The notes below the pieces were generated by a model. The model was not told the origin of the DNA and did not search any database. It was given only the letters and a program-made list of their open reading frames with translations. A stretch of 64,000 nt of DNA from Candidatus Nanopelagicales bacterium (GTDB lineage Bacteria > Actinomycetota > Actinomycetes > S36-B12 > UBA10799): the NCBI GenBank assembly GCA_037046735.1, contig JBAOHC010000027.1, forward strand, positions 111,909-175,908, read 5' to 3'. The first letter of the stretch is position 1. Each line of letters opens with the position of its first letter. Below are positions 56,217 to 64,000 of this stretch, piece by piece. Position numbers and translations under genes: made by a program.

Positions 56217-58168
56217 CGGGCCAACTCCGTCACAGGGAATGGGATCAGCTCACCGGTCTGTTCAGAGACCCTGTTCCCGATGGTCAGATCGGTGACGCAG
56301 ACAGTGGCGCCGATCGTGCCGGCTGAGACCAGGACTTCTTGGCCCGGTCCGCTGACCCGAAAGAAAACCGCGTGGAGCCCACCGCCGCGCAAGGGAACGG
56401 TGTGAATCCTGCCTCCAACGGCCACATTGAGAGTGGTATCAACGCCGGTGAAGTATGCCACTCGCGCGTAGAAGTCCCATGCGATGAGTTTGCCGTCGAG
56501 GGGAATGCTGCGCGCTTGGTCGGTCACCTTGTATCCGCAGTCCGGATCGGGACCCGGCGGTGCGGCCGGACCTGCGACGGTCTGCTCCTCCACGTTGCCG
56601 TCAGGACTGAAACCGTACATCGTGTCTGCAGCGACATCTGCGAAGATCGGGGCCCCCGGGACCGGGGTCATCACAGTCCGGGCGTTGGCGTATGGGGCCA
56701 TCAATGCAGGATGGATGAGGTCGTCGGGAACGCCTTGGTCCAGCACCTGCTGAGCCGGGGGGATGCGCGAGAATGTCGCTTCGGCGTTCGCCATGTACTC
56801 TCGGGCCTGATTGCTCATCCAGTCCTGGGCCGGCACCACTGTAGACACCAGGGCACTGGCACAGATAACTGCCACGACAATGACGCCACCGCGGCTGACC
56901 CTTGCGGGTTGCCACCGCATCGGAACGACCGCCAACGTCAGCAGCAGCGACACCGGCCAGAGGATGTCAAAGGTGTATCGATAGGCAGTGCTTTCAACGA
57001 CGGTTCCCGATCGGGCCAGTGCCGCGATCACCAAAATGATCAGGGTGAATGTGGCGGTACCAACCAAAAGCGCCCGCAGATGGCGACGGGTGACCCAGAT
57101 CCAGACTGCTGCTGCGGCGGTGGCAACAGCAAAGAGGAACATCGCCCACGTGGCTGGCGCCGGGTTGGTGACGATCGGGGACCAGTTCGGTGGAGGAATC
57201 TCAAACCAGCGCCAAGGACCGCCCCAGATGGCGGGCAAGACGTTGTTGACCAACAGCATCCACATGTATCCGGGTATCTCAGTGAGACTGAAACCTGATC
57301 GCGCGATTTCTGCACTGCGGGTGATGACCAAAAGTATGGCTGCGGCAGAGGCGATCAGCATGGACATCCAGATCTTCTGCCGCCCGCGCCAGGCAGCCCG
57401 CAGACCTCTGGGACCTTCGGGCGTCAGTGGCACAAGGGCGGCTACACCGAACATGAGCAGCGGCGCCATGAAACCACGGCTGAACGAGAAACAGGCACCG
57501 ACAGCACATGCCACCGCGACCCAATCCCATAGTCGGCCGCCCAGGCGTTGGCTGGCGACGACACTGACGACCCCCCCGACGAGGAAGAGCTGGTAGGGCC
57601 CTGCGTAGACGGCGGCCGCCCACCAAGTGCTGTTCTCAAAGCCGAAGAGGCTCAAACCGGCGATCGCAACGATGATCACGCTGCCCTGCCACCGGTCGGT
57701 CAGAAGCAGAGCCAACATGGCCGCGAGCACAAGCGTCGCGGCCCAGAGCACAAGCGTGAATACAGCCAAAGCGGTATGTGATCCCGGGAAGAGCGCCTGC
57801 AGGATCCACTGGTTGAACAGCCCGATGGGGTTGACATGCCCTCCGTAGGACCGGGTCAGGTAGTCGAAGTTCAGCGAGTCGGTGGCCGCCCAGTACCGGA
57901 AAGCGAAGTCATCGGCGTAGAGGTAGCCCCGCAGTGAGATGGACGCCCGCAGCGACACCACGACCACGAGCACGGTGGACAGAATCGCCACATGCTTGCC
58001 TGACAGCAAACCGGCTCCCCACCCTTGGCGCACATCGCGACGATACAGCACGACAGTCGCGAGCCCAGCGTGCATCGCGGTGGTCCCACTCCGTGCCCGC
58101 CCTTTTGAAACAGCGCCACCCGCCCGGTGCCATGACCCTGCCCCACTGCTGAGATCGGGGTTCGTCAC
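56213..58168 (-). CDS. polytopic (about 12 TM) membrane protein with a C-terminal extracytoplasmic domain; putative GT-C-fold glycosyltransferase
   Basis: 651 aa. The first predicted loop carries YLYADDFAFRYW, an acidic DD motif like those of GT-C enzymes. About 12 hydrophobic segments are followed by a soluble tail of about 195 aa. The start is GTG at 58168 (GTGA overlap) or ATG at 58075. The family assignment is an inference, not a recognised match. Confidence 0.5.
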   Translation of the reverse strand: MTNPDLSSGAGSWHRAGGAVSKGRARSGTTAMHAGLATVVLYRRDVRQGWGAGLLSGKHVAILSTVLVVVVSLRASISLRGYLYADDFAFRYWAATDSLNFDYLTRSYGGHVNPIGLFNQWILQALFPGSHTALAVFTLVLWAATLVLAAMLALLLTDRWQGSVIIVAIAGLSLFGFENSTWWAAAVYAGPYQLFLVGGVVSVVASQRLGGRLWDWVAVACAVGACFSFSRGFMAPLLMFGVAALVPLTPEGPRGLRAAWRGRQKIWMSMLIASAAAILLVITRSAEIARSGFSLTEIPGYMWMLLVNNVLPAIWGGPWRWFEIPPPNWSPIVTNPAPATWAMFLFAVATAAAAVWIWVTRRHLRALLVGTATFTLIILVIAALARSGTVVESTAYRYTFDILWPVSLLLTLAVVPMRWQPARVSRGGVIVVAVICASALVSTVVPAQDWMSNQAREYMANAEATFSRIPPAQQVLDQGVPDDLIHPALMAPYANARTVMTPVPGAPIFADVAADTMYGFSPDGNVEEQTVAGPAAPPGPDPDCGYKVTDQARSIPLDGKLIAWDFYARVAYFTGVDTTLNVAVGGRIHTVPLRGGGLHAVFFRVSGPGQEVLVSAGTIGATVCVTDLTIGNRVSEQTGELIPFPVTELAR

Positions 58169-60060
58169 CCGCGCCGGTCGCTAATCTGTTGGAGCACATA
58201 GGCCCACAGGAAATCGCGACCCTGATTACTCCAGTGAACCCCGTCCTGACGCAGCGTGGTTCCCGCAATGGCATTCACCGGGCCACGGCTGGAGCACGAC
58301 AGAGGAGCCAAGTCTATGAATTCTGCATTCTCATGGGTGTGGGCCACCTGGCGCAGGATTTCGTTAAGTGCGGCTTGCCTGGTGCGATCGTTGAGTACGT
58401 CGCCGTTGAGTTCGGGGCCCGCCGCGTGGCAGGGGACACCGAGTATGTACACCGGTCCCTCGCCAGGCGGTGTGATGAGGTCAACTGCCTGGGCTACTGC
58501 CTCCGAAACCGCGGCGGTGTACTCGGGCGAACCGGGCGGGTAGTGCACCCCGTTCTCCACGACGTCGAACAACTCCCAGACATTCTCCATGAGCACGGTG
58601 GCGTCCGGTTTCGCCCAGGCGACAAAGTCGGCCCACCTCTGCTGCCACCCGTCGCATTCCACACCGGCAGGGTTCGACCCCACCTGCTGAAGTCGCCTGT
58701 CCCGGATACCGCATCCCAGTGGCGCCAAGTACGTGAACTGCGTATTTCTGTACCGCGAGGTGGGGAAGCCGCCTGCAGCAGTGTAGGCAGTGGAGTCGCC
58801 GAACAATGTCAGCCGAGTGGGCAGTGAGGTGGCCGACGGCCACTGCGATTCAGACGGCTCGCCTCCCTGCGCACCGACCGTAGGGACGAAGGCGAGCGCC
58901 GCGACCACGGCCACCCCAACGCCGTACGTCACCCACTGGCGCGCAGCGGGCAGACTGCTGAACCGGACACCACGGATAGGTCTCTCGATGAATCGGGTGG
59001 TGCCCCACGCCAGGACCACTGACACCGCGATGGCCCACACTTGTCCGCCCAAAGGTGTGTCCTGATTGCCTTGGATCCACAGGAACACGGGCCAGTGCCA
59101 CAGGTACAGCGCGTAGGAGATGCCCCCGACCCACACCAGCGGCCGCCAGCTGAACATGCGAGCAAGGGCGGAGTGGGAGGACTCCAGCACCGCCCAAAGG
59201 AGTACAGCAGACAAGAGGGCTGCAGCCGTCAGGACTCCGGCGTACGGCCTCTGCGTCCAAGGCTGGGCAAACACCATAAGCACCAAGAGGCCAGCCAACG
59301 CGACCCATCCCAGCGACTGCCGGAGCACCTTCGTCGGCCCATCCCCCACCTGGACCGGCCGGGCTACCACGAGCCCGAGCACGACGCCGATGAACAGTGC
59401 CTGCACCCGCGTACCCGTTCCGAAATAGACGTGTATGGGAGCGACGCCCTGCAGGGACCATGCCCACCCAGCGCTCGCCACGGCGAGGACCACGAAGCAC
59501 GCGACCAGCGACCGGGCACCTACTCGCATCCTCCATAGGAGCCACAGCAGCAGTGGCAACACGATGTAGAACTGCTCTTCAATTCCGAGTGACCAGGTCT
59601 GCAGCAAAGGCGACGGTGAACCCCACTGCGTGAAGTATTGAGCGTCACCGGCGAGCGCCCACCAGTTCGTGACGTACAGCAAAGCCGCGATGGCATCGCC
59701 GCGCAGACCCGGACCGCCCTGGACAAGACCGAGGATCGACATGGCAAGGACAGCCGCGACCACCGTAAGCAGGGCCGGGGCCAAACGGCGTGCCCGGCGA
59801 AGCCAGAAATCGACGGGACGGCTGCGCAGGTTCCAGGGATGTCCCGCAACCAGAATTCCGGCCATCAGATAACCCGAGATCACGAAGAAGACGTCCACCC
59901 CGAGGAATCCTGCGGACAGCCACTGACCGTCGGTGTGGAAGGCCAGAACCGTGCCTATGGCGAGCGCTCGCAACCCATCCAGGGGTAGGTAGCGACGACC
60001 TCCAGCTGTCACAGGGGCGACAGCAGCAACGGGCACCTGGGTGTCCTTGGCGGTCGTCAC
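58165..60060 (-). CDS. OatA-like acyltransferase, AT3 plus SGNH (paralogue 3)
   Basis: About 631 aa from the GTG at 60060 (VTTAKDTQ...). AT3 motifs: LDGLRALAI, GVDVFFVISGYLM, FWLRRARRLAPAL, TWSLGIEEQFY, ISYALYLWHWP. SGNH blocks: LFGDSTA ... QDGVHWSNQG. The ORF-track extension to 60399 is Cys/Pro/Ser-rich and not protein-like. Confidence 0.8.
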   Translation of the reverse strand: MTTAKDTQVPVAAVAPVTAGGRRYLPLDGLRALAIGTVLAFHTDGQWLSAGFLGVDVFFVISGYLMAGILVAGHPWNLRSRPVDFWLRRARRLAPALLTVVAAVLAMSILGLVQGGPGLRGDAIAALLYVTNWWALAGDAQYFTQWGSPSPLLQTWSLGIEEQFYIVLPLLLWLLWRMRVGARSLVACFVVLAVASAGWAWSLQGVAPIHVYFGTGTRVQALFIGVVLGLVVARPVQVGDGPTKVLRQSLGWVALAGLLVLMVFAQPWTQRPYAGVLTAAALLSAVLLWAVLESSHSALARMFSWRPLVWVGGISYALYLWHWPVFLWIQGNQDTPLGGQVWAIAVSVVLAWGTTRFIERPIRGVRFSSLPAARQWVTYGVGVAVVAALAFVPTVGAQGGEPSESQWPSATSLPTRLTLFGDSTAYTAAGGFPTSRYRNTQFTYLAPLGCGIRDRRLQQVGSNPAGVECDGWQQRWADFVAWAKPDATVLMENVWELFDVVENGVHYPPGSPEYTAAVSEAVAQAVDLITPPGEGPVYILGVPCHAAGPELNGDVLNDRTRQAALNEILRQVAHTHENAEFIDLAPLSCSSRGPVNAIAGTTLRQDGVHWSNQGRDFLWAYVLQQISDRRG

Positions 60061-60112
60061 CCTGCCGAGATTACACAGCCGATCACCTGCGGAGACGGCC
60101 AAGAGCGGGACC

Positions 60113-60343
60113 TCATGGCGTGATCGACTTCCACAGTTCTTGTAGTTGCTGGGCCTGCTGGGGATCGCGCAGCAGTTGTGGATCTGCCCAGGTGACTGCA
60201 TCGACGTACCCATCGGGTAAAGGCCGGGCATAGTGGCCGACCCGCCATCCCGGTCCGCTGAGGAACAGCGGGTCCATTGGGGTTGGGTCGGCGGGCACCC
60301 GGCATGAATCTCTGCTGAGCCAGGAACCTGTCTGTGAGGCCAT
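60113..60343 (-). CDS. small hypothetical protein at the head of the AT3 operon (or a gene remnant)
   Basis: 76-aa ORF with protein-like composition (...DPLFLSGPGWRVGHYARPLPDGYVDAVTWADPQLLRDPQQAQQLQELWKSITP). G/C third-position use is about 66 % by my count, lower than in core genes. No family recognised. Confidence 0.3.
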   Translation of the reverse strand: MASQTGSWLSRDSCRVPADPTPMDPLFLSGPGWRVGHYARPLPDGYVDAVTWADPQLLRDPQQAQQLQELWKSITP

Positions 60344-60467
60344 CTCGTGGGCGCCGGGGAGTCGATCTCCTGGGTGACGCCTGGTACGGCGAATACCACC
60401 TAACGCCTCCCACGGCCTGACCCAACACGATCATGCCGACCTTAGCCGATCGTGTCTCCCGCACGAC

Positions 60468-60508
60468 GAGTTCGGCCCCGCACCCTCTTGGGGCGCGGGG
60501 CCGAACTC
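60468..60508 (-). terminator. rpsA terminator hairpin
   Basis: GAGTTCGGCCCCGC ... GCGGGGCCGAACTC forms a perfect 14-bp stem with a 13-nt loop, beginning 21 nt downstream of the rpsA stop. No U-tract, which is common in high-G+C actinobacteria. Confidence 0.65.
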
Positions 60509-60528
60509 ACGTCACTACCGGGAATTCA

Positions 60529-62001
60529 TCAGCCCTCTTGCTGCAACTTCTCCCGCAGCGCGGCAAGAGCCTCGTTCGCGTCATCATCCAGCGACCCTGA
60601 CGGCTCGGCGGGAGCGGCGGTGTAGTCACCGGAGACCGCAGCCTCTTCGTCGGCTTTCTTGGCCTCGGTGATCTGCTCCTTGTGCTGGGTCCAGCGCTGG
60701 TAGGCCTCCTGGTACTGCTGCTCCCACTCGGTGCGCTGATCCTCGAAGCCCTCTTTCCACTCACCGGAGACCGGGTCGAAGCCCTCGGGACCGATGTACG
60801 CGCCGTTCTCGTCGTATGACGCGGGCATGCCGTACAGGTACGGATCGAACTCGTCGGTGGTCTCAGCACCGGCGTCCTCATTCGCCTGCTTGAGCGACAG
60901 CGAGATGCGGCGGCGTTCGAGGTCGATGTCGATGACCTTCACGAAGATCTCGTCACCAACCGTGACGATCTGCTCGGGGATCTCCACATGACGCTCAGCC
61001 AACTCGGAGATGTGCACCAGACCCTCGATGCCCTCGGCCACCCGCACGAACGCGCCGAACGGCACGAGCTTGGTGACCCGGCCGGGAACGACCTGGCCGA
61101 TGGCGTGGGTACGGGCGAAGTGCTGCCACGGGTCTTCCTGCGTGGCCTTCAACGACAGCGAGACCCGCTCGCGGTCCATATCCACGTCGAGCACCTCGAC
61201 AGTGACTTCCTGGCCGACCTCGACGACCTCCTGCGGGTGGTCGATGTGCTTCCAGGACAGCTCGGACACGTGAACGAGGCCGTCGACGCCACCGAGGTCC
61301 ACGAAGGCACCGAAGTTGACGATGCTCGACACGACGCCGGAGCGGACCTGGCCCTTCTGCAGCTGGTTCAGGAAGCCGGTGCGCACCACGGACTGGGTCT
61401 GCTCGAGGAAGGCCCGCCGGGACAACACGACGTTGTTCCGGTTCTTGTCCAGCTCGATGATCTTGGCCTCGATCTCCTGACCCACGTAGGGCTGGAGGTC
61501 GCGCACCCGGCGCATGTCGACCAGCGACGCCGGCAGGAAGCCGCGCAGCCCGATGTCCACGATCAGACCGCCCTTGACGACCTCGATCACATTACCGGTG
61601 ACGACGCCATCGGCTTCCTTGATCTTCTCGATGTCGCCCCACGCCCGCTCGTACTGCGCGCGCTTCTTGGACAGCATCAGACGGCCGTCCTTGTCTTCCT
61701 TCTGCAGGACCAAGGCCTCGACCCGATCCCCCACGGCAACCACCTGCGACGGATCGACGTCGTGCTTGATGCTCAGCTCACGCGCGGGGATGACACCCTC
61801 GGTCTTGTACCCGATGTCGAGCAGGACCTCATCGCGGTCGACCTTGACGATGACACCCTCCACGATGTCGCCGTCGTTGAAGTCCTTGATGGTCGCATCG
61901 ATGGCCGCGAGCAGTGCCGCGTCATCACCGATGTCGTTGACGGCCACCTGGCGGGCCGCGGAAGATGTGGGAGCAGGGTTGATATCGGGGTTGTCAGTCA
62001 T
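60529..62001 (-). CDS. rpsA: 30S ribosomal protein S1
   Basis: 490 aa with four S1 repeats (GDIVEGVIVKVD..., GVVTGNVIEVVKGG..., GQVRSGVVSSIVNFG..., GQVVPGRVTKLVPFG...) and an acidic C-terminal tail. Confidence 0.95.
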   Translation of the reverse strand: MTDNPDINPAPTSSAARQVAVNDIGDDAALLAAIDATIKDFNDGDIVEGVIVKVDRDEVLLDIGYKTEGVIPARELSIKHDVDPSQVVAVGDRVEALVLQKEDKDGRLMLSKKRAQYERAWGDIEKIKEADGVVTGNVIEVVKGGLIVDIGLRGFLPASLVDMRRVRDLQPYVGQEIEAKIIELDKNRNNVVLSRRAFLEQTQSVVRTGFLNQLQKGQVRSGVVSSIVNFGAFVDLGGVDGLVHVSELSWKHIDHPQEVVEVGQEVTVEVLDVDMDRERVSLSLKATQEDPWQHFARTHAIGQVVPGRVTKLVPFGAFVRVAEGIEGLVHISELAERHVEIPEQIVTVGDEIFVKVIDIDLERRRISLSLKQANEDAGAETTDEFDPYLYGMPASYDENGAYIGPEGFDPVSGEWKEGFEDQRTEWEQQYQEAYQRWTQHKEQITEAKKADEEAAVSGDYTAAPAEPSGSLDDDANEALAALREKLQQEG

Positions 62002-62122
62002 GAAGTGTTGGTAGCCGGTCTGTTAGGTGGGCACACCGAACGCGTGCTGGAGTGTGAATCCGCTCGGTCTGGGTTCACGCACACGACGCTGTGAGGGCAT
62101 CGATGCCTTGGGGAAAGCATAG

Positions 62123-62162
62123 CGAAGGGGCGACCCGGCCTCTAGACCGGATCGCCCCTTCG
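62123..62162 (-). terminator. terminator hairpin after the DUF3068-like gene, upstream of rpsA
   Basis: CGAAGGGGCGA ... TCGCCCCTTCG forms a perfect 11-bp outer stem with additional inner CCGG pairing. It begins 22 nt downstream of the stop at 62184. Confidence 0.6.
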
Positions 62163-62183
62163 TGCTACTGAAGCGATGTACCG

Positions 62184-63182
62184 CTAGACAGAAGCTGTAG
62201 CGCCCTGCGCGGGTGCCGCAGCATCCCCATCCTTCTTGTCCCCGCCACGGCTGAGCAACAGTCCGATCACGATGAGCACGATGCCCAGGATGGCGAACAC
62301 CAGCGGCAGCGTGGTGCCGATCATGGTGACCAGTCCTGCCAGGGCGGCGGCGTCATCTGCGGACTCCTGGTTGCCGCTCTTGCCGGTGTAGTCGGCCTTG
62401 ACGAGCTTCTGCTCGCCGTCAAGGTCATAAGTAGTGAACTCGCTGGACTCACCCTGGATGATCTGGCCGGTGACCGGCTCCATCCAGTACGTGCTCTTGG
62501 AGGAGTACATCTCGTCGAGGACCGTACTGCCCTCAGCGTCCTTGTCCTCGCCCGGGATCGCCGATGTCGGGATCTCGAGGGTGTCGACCATGGTGGGCGG
62601 CACCTCGTTGGTGTAGACGTAGGTCGGCACTCCGAAGACCGTCTCTTCACCCTGGTAACTCCACGTGGTGCCCGTCTTGATGGACGAGTTGAAGACGTTG
62701 TAGTCCTGCTTCTGCAGATCGAATGCCCACTTGACCGGCATCACGGCGCCCGTCATGTCCACCGGCTCATCATCCACGCTGGCCCCACAGCAGTTGGCCA
62801 GTTCCGAACTCACCCGGTTGAAGGGGTAGCGCGCCGTGGACGCAGTGATCAGCTCGCCCGTCGCGTCGTCGTTGACCCGCATGAAGTAGTCGAAGACCGC
62901 CAGATCCTCGGCCTGGGCCTCTGGCTGCTCGGCCGCCGGCACATCACCGCGGACGTAGATGGACTGGGTGGCCGCGACGTTGCGCTCATAGGGGTCGGGG
63001 TCCCCAGCAGCGACCTTCGCGGGGTTGAGCAGCTGTGCGAACTCAACGACTGCGGTGCTCTCGGTGTATTGATCAGTCGGGGTCTTCGCAGCGCTGGGTA
63101 GTACGTAGAACTTCAACAGCGGAGCAAGCACCAGCAGCATCGCTCCGAGCCCCAGCAGGATCAATCCCACTACTCGCTTCAT
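62184..63182 (-). CDS. DUF3068-like envelope protein (N- and C-terminal TM anchors)
   Basis: 332 aa from the ATG at 63182 (Shine-Dalgarno GGAGGG). MKRVVGLILLGLGAMLLVLAPLLKFYVLP... is followed by a large extracytoplasmic domain, then a C-terminal TM and a charged tail. The family call is from memory of the DUF3068 pattern. Confidence 0.55.
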   Translation of the reverse strand: MKRVVGLILLGLGAMLLVLAPLLKFYVLPSAAKTPTDQYTESTAVVEFAQLLNPAKVAAGDPDPYERNVAATQSIYVRGDVPAAEQPEAQAEDLAVFDYFMRVNDDATGELITASTARYPFNRVSSELANCCGASVDDEPVDMTGAVMPVKWAFDLQKQDYNVFNSSIKTGTTWSYQGEETVFGVPTYVYTNEVPPTMVDTLEIPTSAIPGEDKDAEGSTVLDEMYSSKSTYWMEPVTGQIIQGESSEFTTYDLDGEQKLVKADYTGKSGNQESADDAAALAGLVTMIGTTLPLVFAILGIVLIVIGLLLSRGGDKKDGDAAAPAQGATASV

Positions 63183-63249
63183 TACGCCCTCCATAGTTGG
63201 CCTCAGTGACAAGGGACGTTATCGGAAAACACCCCTCTAATGCGACATG

Positions 63250-64000
63250 ATGGGCAGACACGCCCTAAACAGGTATCCTCCCCCTGTGACGAGCACGAGG
63301 CGGCGCCGTGCTGCGGACTTCTTACAGATCGAGACCGTGGTCCCGCATCGGTTTCGCACCCTTGACGGCTATCGCGCGATCGCCGTTCTCGCCGTCGTCA
63401 CGACGCACGTGGCGTACTTCAGCGGGATCGTGGTCATCACCGCGTGGGGACACATGTTCGCCCGCATGGACATCGGCGTCACGATCTTCTTCCTGCTATC
63501 CGGTTTTCTGCTCTACCGGCCATGGTCCAAGGCGGCGCTGCACGACAGCCGCTGGCCCAGTACCCGCACGTACTTCCGGCGACGACTGTGGCGCATCGTG
63601 CCCGCCTACGTGGTGCTGGTGGTGGTCGTGCTGGCCTTCATGCCCGGCATCGAGGTCCTTCCCAAGCATTGGCTCGCACATCTGACTCTGACGCAGATCT
63701 ACTGGCCAAAACTGCTGATCAATGGGTTGACCCAGAGCTGGTCGCTGGCCACGGAGTTGTCGTTCTACCTCGTGCTCCCGGCCATCGCCTGGTGGATCGG
63801 CCGACGCCACCGGGGGGATGTCGCGGCCAACACCAGGCGCCAATTGTGGACGCTGGCCGCGTGTGGCGGGCTGGCATTCGCCTGGCTGCTCCTGCGCACC
63901 CTCACACCGGTGGGTGAGTTCACGGTGGTCAACATGTGGCTGCCCAATTTCATGGACTGGTTTGCCGTCGGCATGTTCTTCGCGTTGGTCCACAATCGCC
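63250..64000 (+). CDS. acyltransferase family 3 (AT3) membrane protein, 3' end beyond the window (paralogue 4, divergent)
   Basis: This is not in the ORF track because it has no stop in the window. The frame is open from ATG 63250 (alternative GTG 63286) to the end. The sequence reads ...FRTLDGYRAIAVLAVVTTH..., MDIGVTIFFLLSGFLLYRPW, YFRRRLWRIVPAY and QSWSLATELSFYLVLP. Confidence 0.75.
   Translation, partial: MGRHALNRYPPPVTSTRRRRAADFLQIETVVPHRFRTLDGYRAIAVLAVVTTHVAYFSGIVVITAWGHMFARMDIGVTIFFLLSGFLLYRPWSKAALHDSRWPSTRTYFRRRLWRIVPAYVVLVVVVLAFMPGIEVLPKHWLAHLTLTQIYWPKLLINGLTQSWSLATELSFYLVLPAIAWWIGRRHRGDVAANTRRQLWTLAACGGLAFAWLLLRTLTPVGEFTVVNMWLPNFMDWFAVGMFFALVHNR

Overview
This is a high-G+C segment (about 65-70 % by eye) whose gene content and order are typical of the core chromosome of Actinomycetota. 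The markers are WhiA, RbpA, OpcA, SufR-SufBD-Rieske-SufCSU-SufT and CtaA/CtaB. Left to right: a partial ORF; the tldD/pmbA peptidase pair; DUF3099; dodecin; SURF1; an SDR; a fused ABC exporter; a small HTH protein; an ABC-F ATPase; and the complete suf Fe-S operon (minus strand, 9.3-15.5 kb). Next come SRPBCC plus SDR; an ABC-2 transporter; ctaA and ctaB flanking an ATP-grasp gene; an esterase; and the pentose-phosphate operon tkt-(small membrane ORF)-tal-zwf-opcA-pgl. Then a DUF222/HNH (REP13E12-like) gene; a Zn peptidase; rbpA; secG-tpiA-pgk-gap; whiA-yvcK-rapZ-uvrC; two SGNH genes; a Tat Rieske lipoprotein; uvrA; CAP, MBL and TerC genes; uvrB; a molybdoenzyme plus cytochrome b pair; and coaE. 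An approximately 8 kb block (52.4-60.4 kb), largely of lower G+C, follows. It holds three OatA-like AT3-SGNH acyltransferases and a GT-C-like 12-TM protein in a translationally coupled operon. The window ends with rpsA, a DUF3068-like gene and a fourth AT3 gene cut by the window edge. I saw no rRNA, tRNA, CRISPR array or transposase. Six single-base frameshifts interrupt four otherwise intact genes (pmbA-like x2, sufS, gap, a secreted SGNH hydrolase x2). Five of them lie in G/C homopolymers, so sequence error is the leading explanation. The best candidate for something undescribed is the AT3 / GT-C / AT3 / AT3 envelope-glycan acylation operon, which splits the normally adjacent coaE and rpsA. 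Secondary points are a CAAC-N6-GTTG SufR operator, leaderless promoters for uvrA, uvrB and uvrC (uvrA and uvrB also carry a RecA-NDp/PafBC-like TGTC box), and small genes wedged into the conserved tkt-tal and ctaA-ctaB loci. All family calls come from reading motifs by eye. No database search was run.
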